DNA of 64,000 bases from Eledone cirrhosa (GCA_964016885.1 OZ024740.1:73222001-73286000); one strand, 5' to 3'. Shown: positions 32,801 to 46,184, numbered from the stretch's first letter. Notes: generated by a model from the sequence alone, not told the origin. Numbers and translations are program-made.

Positions 32801-35800
32801 ACCAACAACAACAACTACACCACCACCAACAACACCAACAACAACAACTACACCACCACCAACAACACCAACAACAACAACTACACCACCACCAACAACA
32901 CCAACAACAACAACACCAACAACAACAACTACACCACCACCAACAACACCAACAACAACAACTACACCACCACCAACAACACCAACAACAACAACTACAC
33001 CACCACCAACAACACCAACAACAACAACTACACCACCACCAACAACACCAACAACAACAACACCAACAACAACAACTACACCACCACCAACAACACCAAC
33101 AACAACAACTACACCACCACCAACAACACCAACAACAACAACTACACCACCACCAACAACACCAACAACAACAACTACACCACCACCAACAACACCAACA
33201 ACAACAACTACACCACCAACAACACCAACAACAACAACTACACCACCACCAACAACACCAACAACAACAACTACACCACCAACAACACCAACAACAACAA
33301 CTACACCACCACCATCACCACCAACAACAACAACTACACCACCAACAACACCAACAACAACAACTACACCACCACCAACAACACCAACAACAACAACTAC
33401 ACCACCACCAACAACACCAACAACAACAACTACACCACCACCAACAACACCAACAACAACAACTACACCACCACCAACAACACCAACAACAACAACACCA
33501 ACAACAACAACTACACCACCACCAACAACACCAACTACACCACCACCAACAACACCAACAACAACAACTACACCACCACCAACAACACCAACAACAACAA
33601 CTACACCACCAACAACACCAACAACAACTACACCACCACCAACAACACCAACAACAACAACACCAACAACAACAACACCAACAACAACAACTACACCACC
33701 ACTAACAACACCCAACAACAACAACTACACCACCACCAACAACACCAACAACAACAACTACACCACCACCAACAACACCAACAACAACAACTACACCACC
33801 ACCAACAACACCAACAACAACAACACCAACAACAACAACTACACCACCACCAACAACACCAACAACAACAACTACACCACCACCAACAACACCAACAACA
33901 ACAACTACACCACCACCAACAACACCAACAACAACAACTACACCACCACCAACAACACCAACAACAACAACACCAACAACAACAACTACACCACCACCAA
34001 CAACACCAACAACAACAACTACACCACCACCAACAACACCAACAACAACAACTACACCACCACCAACAACACCAACAACAACAACTACACCACCAACAAC
34101 ACCAACAACAACAACTACACCACCACCAACAACACCAACAACAACAACTACACCACCAACAACACCAACAACAACAACTACACCACCACCAACAACACCA
34201 ACAACAACAACTACACCACCAACAACACCAACAACAACAACTACACCACCACCAACAACACCAACAACAACAACTACACCACCACCAACAACACCAACAA
34301 CAACAACTACACCACCACCAACAACACCAACAACAACAACTACACCACCACCAACAACACCAACAACAACAACACCAACAACAACAACTACACCACCACC
34401 AACAACACCAACTACACCACCACCAACAACACCAACAACAACAACTACACCACCACCAACAACACCAACAACAACAACTACACCACCAACAACACCAACA
34501 ACAACTACACCACCACCAACAACACCAACAACAACAACACCAACAACAACAACACCAACAACAACAACTACACCACCACTAACAACACCCAACAACAACA
34601 ACTACACCACCACCAACAACACCAACAACAACAACTACACCACCACCAACAACACCAACAACAACAACTACACCACCACCAACAACACCAACAACAACAA
34701 CACCAACAACAACAACTACACCACCACCAACAACACCAACAACAACAACTACACCACCACCAACAACACCAACAACAACAACTACACCACCACCAACAAC
34801 ACCAACAACAACAACTACACCACCACCAACAACACCAACAACAACAACACCAACAACAACAACTACACCACCACCAACAACACCAACAACAACAACTACA
34901 CCACCACCAACAACACCAACAACAACAACTACACCACCACCAACAACACCAACAACAACAACTACACCACCAACAACACCAACAACAACAACTACACCAC
35001 CACCAACAACACCAACAACAACAACTACACCACCAACAACACCAACAACAACAACTACACCACCACCAACAACACCAACAACAACAACTACACCACCAAC
35101 AACACCAACAACAACAACTACACCACCACCAACAACACCAACAACAACAACTACACCACCACCAACAACACCAACAACAACAACTACACCACCACCAACA
35201 ACACCAACAACAACAACACCAACAACAACAACTACACCACCACCAACAACACCAACTACACCACCACCAACAACACCAACAACAACAACTACACCACCAC
35301 CAACAACACCAACAACAACAACTACACCACCAACAACACCAACAACAACTACACCACCACCAACAACACCAACAACAACTACACCACCACCAACAACACC
35401 AACAACAACAACTACACCACCACTAACAACACCCAACAACAACAACTACACCACCACCAACAACACCAACAACAACAACTACACCACCACCAACAACACC
35501 AACAACAACAACTACACCACCACCAACAACACCAACAACAACAACTACACCCACCAACAACACCAACAACAACAACTACACCACCACCAACAACACCAAC
35601 AACAACAACTACACCACCACCAACAACACCAACAACAACAACTACACCACCACCAACAACACCAACAACAACAACTACACCACCACCAACAACACCAACA
35701 ACAACAACTACACCACCACCAACAACACCAACAACAACAACTACACCACCACCAACAACACCAACAACAACAACTACACCACCAACAACACCAACAACAA

Positions 35801-36035
35801 CAACTACACCACCACCAACAACACCAACAACACCAGCACCACCACCACCAACAACACCAACAACAACTACACCACCACCAACAACACCAACAACAACAAC
35901 TACACCACCACCAACAACACCAACAACAACAACTACACCACCACCAACAACACCAACAACTACACCACCACCAACAACACCAACAACAACAACAACACCA
36001 ACAACAACAACACCAACAACAACAACTGCACCTCC
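17850..36035 (+). repeat. Satellite of about 18 kb, basic unit 33 bp (acaacaacaactacaccaccaccaacaacacca), with higher-order repeats
   Basis: The ORF track gives near-identical translations at 18174..18920 and 23510..24256 (offset 5336) and identical ones at 20436..20699 and 29877..30140 (offset 9441); blocks of about 0.87 kb recur at 33702, 34579 and 35412. The + strand is almost G-free. Confidence 0.95.
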
Positions 36036-36381
36036 AACATTATCAGTAAGAACACTGACCGGACATTTAGTGTAAAAGACCAACGGCTTCACAGAGTTCA
36101 AACCCTAGGACTGATTATTTCAGTAAAAACATCACATAATAGCTAGGTGAGAAGGAAAGCGGTCATAAGCTCTTGCATGCTGCAGCCATTTTTAGAGGAG
36201 ACTAATTTGAATGTCTCTAATAATGCTTCTGGTATAAAATGTACATGTAACATACATGTAACCTATTACTGTAAGATAAGTTATGTATGTATGTATGTAT
36301 GTATGTATGTATGTATGTATGTATGTATGTATGTATGTATGTATGTATGTATGTATGTATGTATGTGTGTGAGTGTGTGTG

Positions 36382-36433
<52 letters not shown>

Positions 36434-36551
36434 GATATAAAAGTACACACATATATATATATATACATATGCTAGCGTGGAAGATAGACGTTAAACGATG
36501 ATGATGATGATGATATATATATACAAACATACATACACACACACACATATA

Positions 36552-36626
<75 letters not shown>

Positions 36627-36859
36627 ATGTATATATGTATGTATGTATTTGTATATTTATACAATTAAATACATACATATATATATGCGCGTGTGTGTGT
36701 TTACTTGTATATAGTTGAGTGTGGGATGAGCTGATGTATGTATGTGTAGGTCACATGATAATGTTACCTACTAGACAATATATATCTGTAGATAGTTATA
36801 TATAATTGATCTCTCTGTCCAACGATCCTAATGTATAATGGACAGAACAATTTTCTCTG

Positions 36860-37225
36860 GTCATCACCATCATAATCACCATCATCACAACCACTATCAC
36901 CACCACCATTACCACCAACATCACCATCATCTCCAACATAATCACCACCACCATTACCACCATCATCACCACCAATATCACCATCATTACCATAATCATC
37001 ACCACCACCACCAATATCACCACTGCCAAAACAATCATCACAACCACCACCATCATCACCACCAACATCACCATCATCATCGCCGGCAATATCACCACCG
37101 CCATCATCATCACCATCATTTTCATCTCCACCACCACCGCCCCCATTAACATTACCACCATTACTACCACGACGACGACCACCACACCACCACCACCACC
37201 ACCACCACTACCACCACCACCAACT
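36860..37225 (+). repeat. Degenerate (CAC/CAT)n tract
   Basis: Direct reading. Confidence 0.85.
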
Positions 37226-37950
37226 GAAAATGGACAGCGTACGTTGGGTGGGTTTTTAGCCACAGGATGACTCAAGCCTTTTAAATTGACCACTTTTGAT
37301 CCCTGTGACAATCAGAAGGGAAAATCGTTCGGCTTTCGCTCGTCGGCAATTATGGTTTTTGGTGTGGTCTAATAATGGAGTAAGAACGGTTCTGTTAACC
37401 TTTCATTTGATTGGTCAGACTGCTGGAAGGCTTCTTCTATGTGAAACGAGCTTTAAATCTTGCCCAGTTTTTACAAGAGGCAGCTAGCTATGTGATACTA
37501 TACAGCACAAGGTACCGCACGGCATCTCATCTGATTTGGTCTGATCTGGTCGGATCAATTTGCTAACGTTAAGGGGATGGAGAAGATGGAAGGAAGACAA
37601 GAATGATGGAAGGAACGAGGAAAAAGGATTATGAAACGTTATCAAACATATTTTAACCCTCAACATTCCAACATTCACCACACAACGATAAAATGATACG
37701 CTATTAATAGTTTAAGCTTACCTTTTCATTCTTACGTTAAATCACATGAGGAAAGATTGCTCACAGAAAATGTCCAACGCACACATAGACGTAATTACAC
37801 ACAGACGCAACTATGTACACACATGAGCGCGCACAAACACACTCACACACCCATATACACTCACACACACTCACTCACACGGACACACGTATATGTACAT
37901 ATATATATATATATATATGTTTATCCCGGGTTCAATCGGGGTTAACCACA

Positions 37951-38071
<121 letters not shown>

Positions 38072-38597
38072 GCATATGCGTGTGTATATGTGTGTGTATA
38101 CGTACGTGCGTTTGGGCGTTATTGCCTCTGTGTGTGTACAGTAGGCATACACATAAACACACACACATGCATGCAAACAAACTGGACATGCACATATACA
38201 TATATAATATATATTATGTGTGCGTATGCACGAACGCGTGGTTGAGTGTATTACCTCTGTGTGTACTGTAGACACACACACACACTCACACACACACACA
38301 CACACACATATATGTATATATGTATATATAAAGAATCGCATTTCAGCGGGTAGAAAAAGCGAAACGTAACGCAAATTCCGAGTGATGCTGGCAAGCGCTC
38401 CATGGGCTAAACAGACCAGAGCAATAAACATAGGTTCTAAAGGCCATACAAACTGAGAAGGCGGTCAAGAAGCCATACACCACCTAAGCCAAAAAACAAG
38501 TCAAGCTAAACAGGTCAGACAAAATAAATGACATATTCATATATATATATATATATATATATAACAAACCTGGACCCTTGGAATTGCTGGTAAAATA

Positions 38598-38672
<75 letters not shown>

Positions 38673-38711
38673 ATATTAAATAAATGGAAACTATATTTAT
38701 AAAACCATATT

Positions 38712-38772
38712 TATTCTATTATAAATATTTCAAGGGTACCAAAACTTTGGTACGCTTTCATCAGATAAAATA
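38712..38772 (-). ncRNA. Minimal type I hammerhead ribozyme, intact core
   Basis: UAUUUUAU-CUGAUGA-AAGCGUACCAA AGUU UUGGUACCCUU-GAAA-UAUUU-AUA/AUAGAAUA; 8-bp stem I with one G-U, long stem II, rudimentary stem III. Confidence 0.8.
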
Positions 38773-40027
38773 CAAAGTTTGTTTTATAAATTTTGACATA
38801 ACCAAGAAAAATACCTTAACAGTTCAAGTTTTTCTTGGATAGTGAAGGAAAAAGAGAAGAAAAGTCAGATATTTCAAATTATTAAGATGAGTATGCAAAT
38901 GGGGTTGAGGTATAGGGCTGAAAAAAACGTTATTTTAGACGCTATGCAGAATTTAAATAATTAGGATATATGTATGTATGAGTAGGAAGAAGAAAAAAGA
39001 AAGAAGAGCTTGTATTTACCTAATTTAAAAGGAATTTAAATTTATTTAGCTATATTATGAGTTATAATATTGTATACATAATCAATTAGATTATATGAAG
39101 AATTATGGTTGTAGGTAGATTTTATCTTATTACATTACAATAGGTTGTAAGTATATAAATATCTATATAGATTAATAATTGTGCATGTATAAGTATTATA
39201 GAAGTAGAAAGAATTTACAATTATTAGTTGTTTACATTTCTACTATGAGTTACGAAGGATGTTGATTTTGCATTTTACATAAAAAAACAGGTAGTTCAAG
39301 TTGTAAGAGGAGAAGAATTGTAGATTCGAATATTTTGTTCCAACATTGAAAATGTTTTCAGAATATTGTTAATTTAGCGAAGTTATATAGTTTATCATAC
39401 ATATATTATAATATAATGTTTATGTTTGCACGATTGAAAAGGGAAAGATAACTCCAATCTTGTTTGTTAACCGTTAAATTTGATGAATGATTTACTCAGA
39501 AAATATATAGAGAAAATTATATATTATTTTGTGTGAGATTAATTTCAATTATATATTATTTTAGTCGAAAGATGTGTGAAAGTTTGAAGATCAAAAGGAG
39601 AGGAAAATCTAAAGGAGAGGAAAAAGGAGTCTTTTGAACTTTTGAATCCAGAGTCGGGCTAGATCGATACAGATCGAACCTTGAGCTGATCAATAGCGAA
39701 ACTCGCGTTACTACTCAATAAAGGTAATGAAGACATAACATATCGTCCTTTTTATTATTAGTACACTCTTCCTCCCTTTTCGGTATGTTCTCTGCATTTT
39801 TTTGCATTTTTTTCCTTTCTGTTTAATTTTTTTTTCTCTCTCCTTTTTTCCCCAATAACTTCCACAAGGTATTGACGCACAGAAGTTAGACATATTGTCT
39901 TTAATGCGTTGAAATGTCCGTGATCTCCAGCCCCTTTTATTTTTAAATACACTTTATCAAGTAACCACACAGCTCCCTGCTTCTTCCAAATTGTTATTAT
40001 ATATATATATATACTCACATATATATA

Positions 40028-40103
40028 CATGGTGTTCCAAAAAATGAATACACACTTCAACAGCATTCTAATCAGTGTGTATATATTTCTTTGGGACACC
40101 CTG
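40028..40103. mobile_element. 76-bp Tc1/mariner-type MITE
   Basis: TIRs catggtgttccaaaaaatgaatacacact / agtgtgtatatatttctttgggacaccctg with TA on both sides. Confidence 0.75.
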
Positions 40104-40159
40104 TATATATATATATATAGATAGATAGAGAGAGAGATGGATAGAAACACACACACACA

Positions 40160-40233
<74 letters not shown>

Positions 40234-40234
40234 T

Positions 40235-40545
40235 AAATGGAATCACTCCGTTGGTTACGACGTCGAGTGTTCCAGTTGATACTATCAACGGAACAGCCTA
40301 CTCGTGAAAGTAACGTGCAAGTGGCTGAGCATTCCACTGAAACGCGTACCCTTTACGTAGTTCTCAGGGAGATTCAGTGTGACATAGTGTGTTACAAGGC
40401 TGGTCCTGTGAATTAGAGGTACAATTCATTTTTGCCAGCTGAGTGGACTAGAGCAAACTAAGTGTCTTGCTCAAGGACACGACACGCCGCCGGGAATCGA
40501 GCGAATCACCTTACGATTGTGAGCCGAATACCCCAACTACGTACT
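40235..40545 (-). mobile_element. SINE family B
   Basis: Shares cagctgagtggact...aagtgtcttgctcaaggacac...gggaatcga with 9690-9958. Confidence 0.7.
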
Positions 40546-40792
40546 TTCACACACATAAATACACATATAAACACACACATATATTTACAAACAAAAACAC
40601 GCGCACACACACACACACATATATATATATATACAAACACATACACACATATACACACGCACACGCTCACACATAACAAACACACAGGCACACATACACA
40701 TACACACATGTAAACACACATATATAAATAAACAGAAACACATATACATATAAACACAAACACACATATATATATAAATAAACACACACAGG

Positions 40793-40846
<54 letters not shown>

Positions 40847-40849
<3 letters not shown>

Positions 40850-40941
40850 CGAAGGAAATGTGGTAAGGAACCAGGTGGACCATAACGTCCAGAATTAGCC
40901 GTCGAAACGGCTTGAGCTCAGCTGTCGGGGTCTTACTGGTT

Positions 40942-40945
<4 letters not shown>
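40847..40945. mobile_element. Tail-out fragment of a hammerhead element (same family as 59429-59628)
   Basis: 40847-40887 is the reverse complement of 59586-59625; 40889-40945 matches 59490-59546 and contains GAAACGGC(UUGAGCUCA)GCUGUC. Confidence 0.8.
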
Positions 40946-40977
<32 letters not shown>

Positions 40978-41018
40978 TTCAAAATATTAATAAATATAGA
41001 CATTCATGTGATCAAATA

Positions 41019-41086
41019 TATTTTATTATATATATATTTCAGGGGTACTGAGCTGTTTCCTCAGGACTTCCTCATCAAATAAAATA
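41019..41086 (-). ncRNA. Minimal type I hammerhead motif (core UUGAUGA), related to 38712-38772
   Basis: UAUUUUAU-UUGAUGA-stem II (GGAAGUCCUGAG...CUCAGUACCCCU)-GAAA-(UA)n-AUA/AUAAAAUA; perfect 8-bp stem I. Confidence 0.7.
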
Positions 41087-41149
41087 AATTGATGTCTGAC
41101 ATACCTCAACTGTGCTGATGGTTCAATTCAAGTCTTGGCAACCACTCTT

Positions 41150-41955
41150 AATAGTCCAATAAACTCTCACCCCTCTCTATAACCCACTACATACCTCACT
41201 CTCCCTCACAATTCTCCCTCTCTCAATAAACCAACAAACTCCCTCCCCCTCATTCTATACCACTACATACCTCACACCCGTACAACTCCCCCTCTCTTAC
41301 TAGACCACCAATCAATCTCCCCCTCTCTATATCCTACTACATACCTCTCTCTCTCTCACAATTACTCCGCTCTCACTAGACCAACAAATTCTCACCCTCT
41401 CTCTATATACCACTACATATCTCACTCTCCCTCAATCTCTTAATTCCCCCTCTGCTTAAACCAACAGACTCTCTCCCTACTACCTATCTCACTCTCTCTC
41501 ACAATTCCCCCTCTCTCACTAGGCAACCAAATTCACCCCCCCCCCCCTTCTATATATCTCATTACACACCTCACTCTCTCTAACAATGCCCCCACTCCCA
41601 CTAAAACAACAAACTCTCTCGCTCTCATTCTATGCCGCTACATACCACATTCTCACTCACAATTCCCCCTCACTCATTAGACAACCAAATTCTCGCCCCC
41701 TCTCTATATTCCACTACATAACTCACTCTCTCTCACTCTCATAATACCCCTCTCTCACTAGGTCAATAAACTCTCTCCCCCTCTTTATAACCCAATACAT
41801 ACCTCACAATCTCCCCTCTCTCACTAGACCACCAATTTCTCTTCCTCTCTATATCCCTCTACATACCTCACTCTCTTTCACTCTCTTAATTCTCCCTCTA
41901 TATATTCCACTACATACCTTACTCTCTTTCACTCTCTTAATTCCCCTTCTCTCAT
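41150..41955 (+). repeat. Diverged C/T-rich minisatellite of about 70-85 bp (ccactacatacctcactctc...)
   Basis: A ctacatacct-like motif recurs about 10 times. Confidence 0.8.
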
Positions 41956-42094
41956 TAAATGTGTAAATGAGGTGATTAATCTCATTTGCATATGAAGCTG
42001 TATAAGTTGGCTAAACTTATAATAGAATATGCAAATGAGATTAATCACCTCATTTACACAGACGAGAAAACCATATATTCTCGCCTGTTTTCAA

Positions 42095-42187
42095 GTCCAG
42101 CAGACGCAAGAATGGAGGGGATCATCCTGATGAGGACCAGTTAAGTTCGAAATGCATTGACGATTGTTCCCCTTGCTTCTGCTGGAC
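42095..42187 (+). ncRNA. Type I hammerhead motif with a long bulged stem I; cleavage triplet mutated
   Basis: GUCCAGCAGACGCAAG-AAUGGA-GGGGAUCAUC-CUGAUGA-GGAC CAGUUAA GUUC-GAAA-UGCAUUGAC-GAUUGUUCCC-CUUGCUUCUGCUGGAC. Confidence 0.8.
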
Positions 42188-42352
42188 ACCGCCAGATGGC
42201 GATAGCCCCGGTGTTTTGCATAGCTACGGCTTTCTAAATGTTTATCCATAAACATACCGTATTTCTTTAGAAATACGAAATTAAAACACACACACACAAG
42301 TTGCTAGTCCCAGGGAAGAATTCTCTCTCTCTCTCTCCGAGAGAGAAATATA

Positions 42353-42535
42353 ATAATTGTTTCTACTTTTGGCACAAGGCCAGCAATTACCCAGTGTATT
42401 ACTGGTACTTTATTTTATCAACCCCGTAAGGATGAAAAGCAAAGTTAACCTCGGCGGGATTTGAACTCAGAATGGCAAGGACCGTAACTCTTTGCGTCAA
42501 AGCATGGCTTCCGATCCTCTACCGATACTGCAAAT
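42353..42535 (-). mobile_element. SINE family A
   Basis: Reverse complement of the 13023-13210 type. Confidence 0.85.
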
Positions 42536-42980
42536 CTAATGATGATGATGATGATGATGATTGTGATGGTGGTGGTGGTAATGGTGATGACGAAGTTGAT
42601 GTGTGTTTATGTATGGTGTTGCAGAGAGGAGGAGAGGAAGTCTATATGTTGCACTAATACAAGCAAAATAGACAAAAACACAAACAAAAAAACAAAGTCT
42701 TAGAATACTAGGGGGAGCAGCAGGAAGAGCGCAAAGAACAGGTTTGGCGGAAGAGTTGCCTTTTGACATGTATATATATATATATATTTGTGTGTGTGTG
42801 TATGTGTCTATATATATATAGACACATACATACACACAAATATATATATATATTTGTGTGTGTATGTATGTGTCTATATATATATAGACACATATATACA
42901 CACAAATATATATATATATTTGTGTGTGTGTGTATGTGTCTCTCTCTCTCTCTATATATATATATACATATGCATGTATA

Positions 42981-43029
<49 letters not shown>

Positions 43030-43899
43030 CGTGTGCATATTATATTGAACGAGACCAATGGAAATACTATATATAAGTGATTGCGTCTCTATACATAAGC
43101 TAATATAAACATATCCAGACACACATACACGAACATACATACATACATATACATACATACATAAACATACATACACATACATACACAAACACATACATAC
43201 ACACACACATACATAAACAGGTGTATCAGTTTGTGTGCACCTAGCTACCCGACTTGTTTCCATTGTAAGAACGTGTAATATATTTACACTGAGATGCAAT
43301 GATGTAATGACCTCACTCTCTCTCTCTCTCTCTCTCTATCTATCTCTCCCCCCCCCCTCCCTGTCTCACTCTCTCCCTTTCTCTCTCTTTGTCACTCTTT
43401 CCCTCTCTCTCTCTCTCTCTCCCTCTCCCGCCCTTCCTCTCTCTCTCCCTTTCTCCCGATCTCTCTCTCCCTCCCCGTCTCTCTTTCTTTCTCTCCTCTC
43501 ATTGCCCCCCCCCCCCATCTCTCATTGTCACTCTCCCCATCTCTCTCTCTTCTTCCCTCTCTCGGTCCGTCTGTCGGTCTATCAGTCAGTGAAGTTAACT
43601 GAAGACCACAGGAAGTCCGAGTGGAGGTGGAGGTGGAGGTGGAGGAAGTGGAGGTGGAGAAGAGAATGAGAGAGAGAGAGATGAACGAAATAAAGAAAAA
43701 AGTAAAAAAGTAAAAAAAGAAGAAAGAAGCTAGCGTCATATTTTAGTCATTTTAAGGTTTAGCTGGGTGGCTTCATAATGACTTAGCTTCAATACACTCG
43801 TGTGCATACATGTTGTACACACGCTCTTACAATATGTAAATAAATATATTATTGTTTGTATGTATGTATGTATGTATGTATGTATGTATGTATGTATGT

Positions 43900-44498
43900 T
43901 TGGTGCTACTGGTAACATGTATCCCAGTACAACCTGTCCCATGGTCGGGTCGTTGGCGACTAAACTGGCAACCCCACCAAGGTTTCTTGGCGAGGAGGGT
44001 GACTTTGGACATCCTGCAGGACTAAAAACAAAACCTGTCAAAGGGCAAAGGAGCTCTTTAGAGTCAATGGCCATCCAAAATCACTGGGAGAAATGACCCC
44101 TTAGCCTTTGTCAAGGCAGAATTCTAGGAGAAGGAAAACTCTGATATAACACCTGCAACCCTGATGGTATCCAATGATGTTGACTTGTTCTTCTTTTTGG
44201 TAAATATTATCTTGGTTAAGAGAGTGGGACTGGTTTTGTGCAGTGCCTTTGCTCACTATAAAAGCTTCACGGCACAGGCATTGCTTTATATCTGGAGATC
44301 TCTCTGCACTTGTCGTCACATGGTACCATGGGCCCAGCACTATGTGTCAATAATTGTCACAAGTGTAGTGTTTGTACCAGAGTTTTCAAGTCGCTGGCTG
44401 GACTAAAAAGTCACACTCGTTCAGCGCATCGGTAGGGGTTCTCCTACATGGATATAAAGTAATGGCCGTACTCGAAAACGAGTTGGCAGCCACCACCA
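43900..44498 (+). mobile_element. Bipartite non-autonomous RTE-derived element (5' UTR joined to ORF C-terminus and 3' UTR) in (TATG)n
   Basis: RTE-type UTR motifs tggcaacccc and ctaggagaaggaaaactctgat; C-terminal [23 protein letters not shown]2H2 finger typical of RTE/BovB ORF ends; (TATG)n on both sides. Confidence 0.7.
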
Positions 44499-44605
44499 TG
44501 TATGTATGTATGTATGTATGTATGTATGTATGTATGTGTGAGTGTACGTATGTATGTATGTATTATGTATGTATGTATGTATGTATGTATGTATGTATGT
44601 ATGTA

Positions 44606-44960
44606 TACAACCTGTCTCATGGTCGGGTCGTTGGCGACTAAACTGGCAACCCCACCAAGGTTTCTTGGTGAGGAGGGTGACTTTGGACATCCTGCAGGAC
44701 TAAAAACAGGACTTTGCTCACTATAAAAGCTTCACGGCACAGGCATTGCTTTATATCTGGAGATCTCTCTGCACTTGTCGTCACATGGTACCATGGGCCC
44801 AGCACTATGTGTCAATAATTGTCACAAGTGTAGTGTTTGTACCAGAATTTTCAAGTCGCTGGCTGGACTAAAAAGTCACACTCGTTCAGCGCATCGGTAG
44901 GGGTTCTCCTACATGGATATAAAGTAGTGGCCGTACTCGAAAACGAGTTGGCAGCCACCA
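44606..44960 (+). mobile_element. Tandem, internally deleted second copy of the RTE-derived element
   Basis: Matches 43928-44030 fused to 44247-44498. Confidence 0.85.
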
Positions 44961-45151
44961 TGTATGTATGTGCGAGTGTATGTATGTATGTATGTATGTA
45001 TGTATGTATGTATGTGTGAGTGTGTGAGTGTACGTACGTATGTATGTATGTATGTATGTATGTATGTATGTATGTATGTATGTATATGTGAGTGTATGTA
45101 TATATATATGTATGCATGTATGTATATATATACATATATGTGTGTGTATGC

Positions 45152-45199
<48 letters not shown>

Positions 45200-45234
45200 A
45201 TGTATATATCTGTATATATATATACATCTATGTA

Positions 45235-45299
<65 letters not shown>

Positions 45300-45406
45300 C
45301 GTTATTGGCAACATGACCCTCCCAAAGTATAACAATATATATATATATATATGTATATATATATGTTATATATATGTATATATATATGTGTGTGTGTGTG
45401 TGTGTA

Positions 45407-45600
45407 TAAGAATTAATTACGGAGTGACGGACTCGACAATGAGTACTCAACACCGAAGTAGAGTTTATTAGAGTTTATTAAAGTGATGAGTCTTGCTATT
45501 GAGGAGTTTCACCTGTGTACTCACCTGAATGATTTCTGATAATTCAATCAGTACACAGGTGAAACTCCACAATAACAAGACTCAACACTTTGGCATAATA
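45407..45600. mobile_element. Fold-back element with 42-bp inverted arms (45480-45521 / 45550-45591); possible hammerhead 3' half
   Basis: aaagtgatgagtcttgctattgaggagtttcacctgtgtact versus agtacacaggtgaaactccacaataacaagactcaacacttt; flanked by TA/TG repeats. Confidence 0.65.
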
Positions 45601-45656
<56 letters not shown>

Positions 45657-45689
45657 ATGTTTGTGGATGTGTGTGTGTGGGGGGGGGGG

Positions 45690-45883
45690 GTCAATCGGGA
45701 GTAACCACAGTAAGGTACGTAATACATTAGTAGTGTGTAAACATCAAGTTTAATATAGAAAAATGGCTTCTATGGGACTAGAGCTGTTTCATTCAAAAGA
45801 AATCATCAGGAAAGGGCTTTCCTGCTGACTTCTTTCGAATGAAACAGTTCTAGTCCTGTAGAAGCCATTTCTATATTAAACTT
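45690..45883. mobile_element. Fold-back element with two inverted hammerheads (45765-45813 minus; 45815-45866 plus)
   Basis: Plus: GGCUUUC-CUGCUGA-CUUC UUUC GAAU-GAAA-CAG(UUCUAGUC)CUG-UA/GAAGCC. The minus arm keeps CUGAUGA. Family also at 61580-61795 and 37921-37950. Confidence 0.85.
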
Positions 45884-46184
45884 CATATATAAATATATGT
45901 ATGTATATATATATATAAACGGAAAAAATGAAACGAAATTTCATTTCTCACTCTTAGTACGGCTGTTACTTAAATATAAGTATGTATACGTGCATACATA
46001 TATGTATACAGACGTACAGTAGTATGTATATATATACATACATGCACATATATATATATATGTATATATATGTACGTATGGATTTACCGATCATTTATTA
46101 TAATGCTCGGTGTGTTTGTAAACAAACATCCCGAATTAAGCCGTACAGTGTTTAGCAACCATCGTTGCCCTTTTGTTCAACACT

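Noticed and set aside
17850-36035. Telomeric or interstitial telomeric repeat
   Set aside because: A G/T-rich strand is present, but there are no TTAGGG or TTAGG units.
17817-36101. Long Val/Gly and Cys/Trp ORFs on the minus strand (up to 1744 aa)
   Set aside because: Translations of the stop-poor GTT/GGT satellite strand, with no domain or unique sequence.
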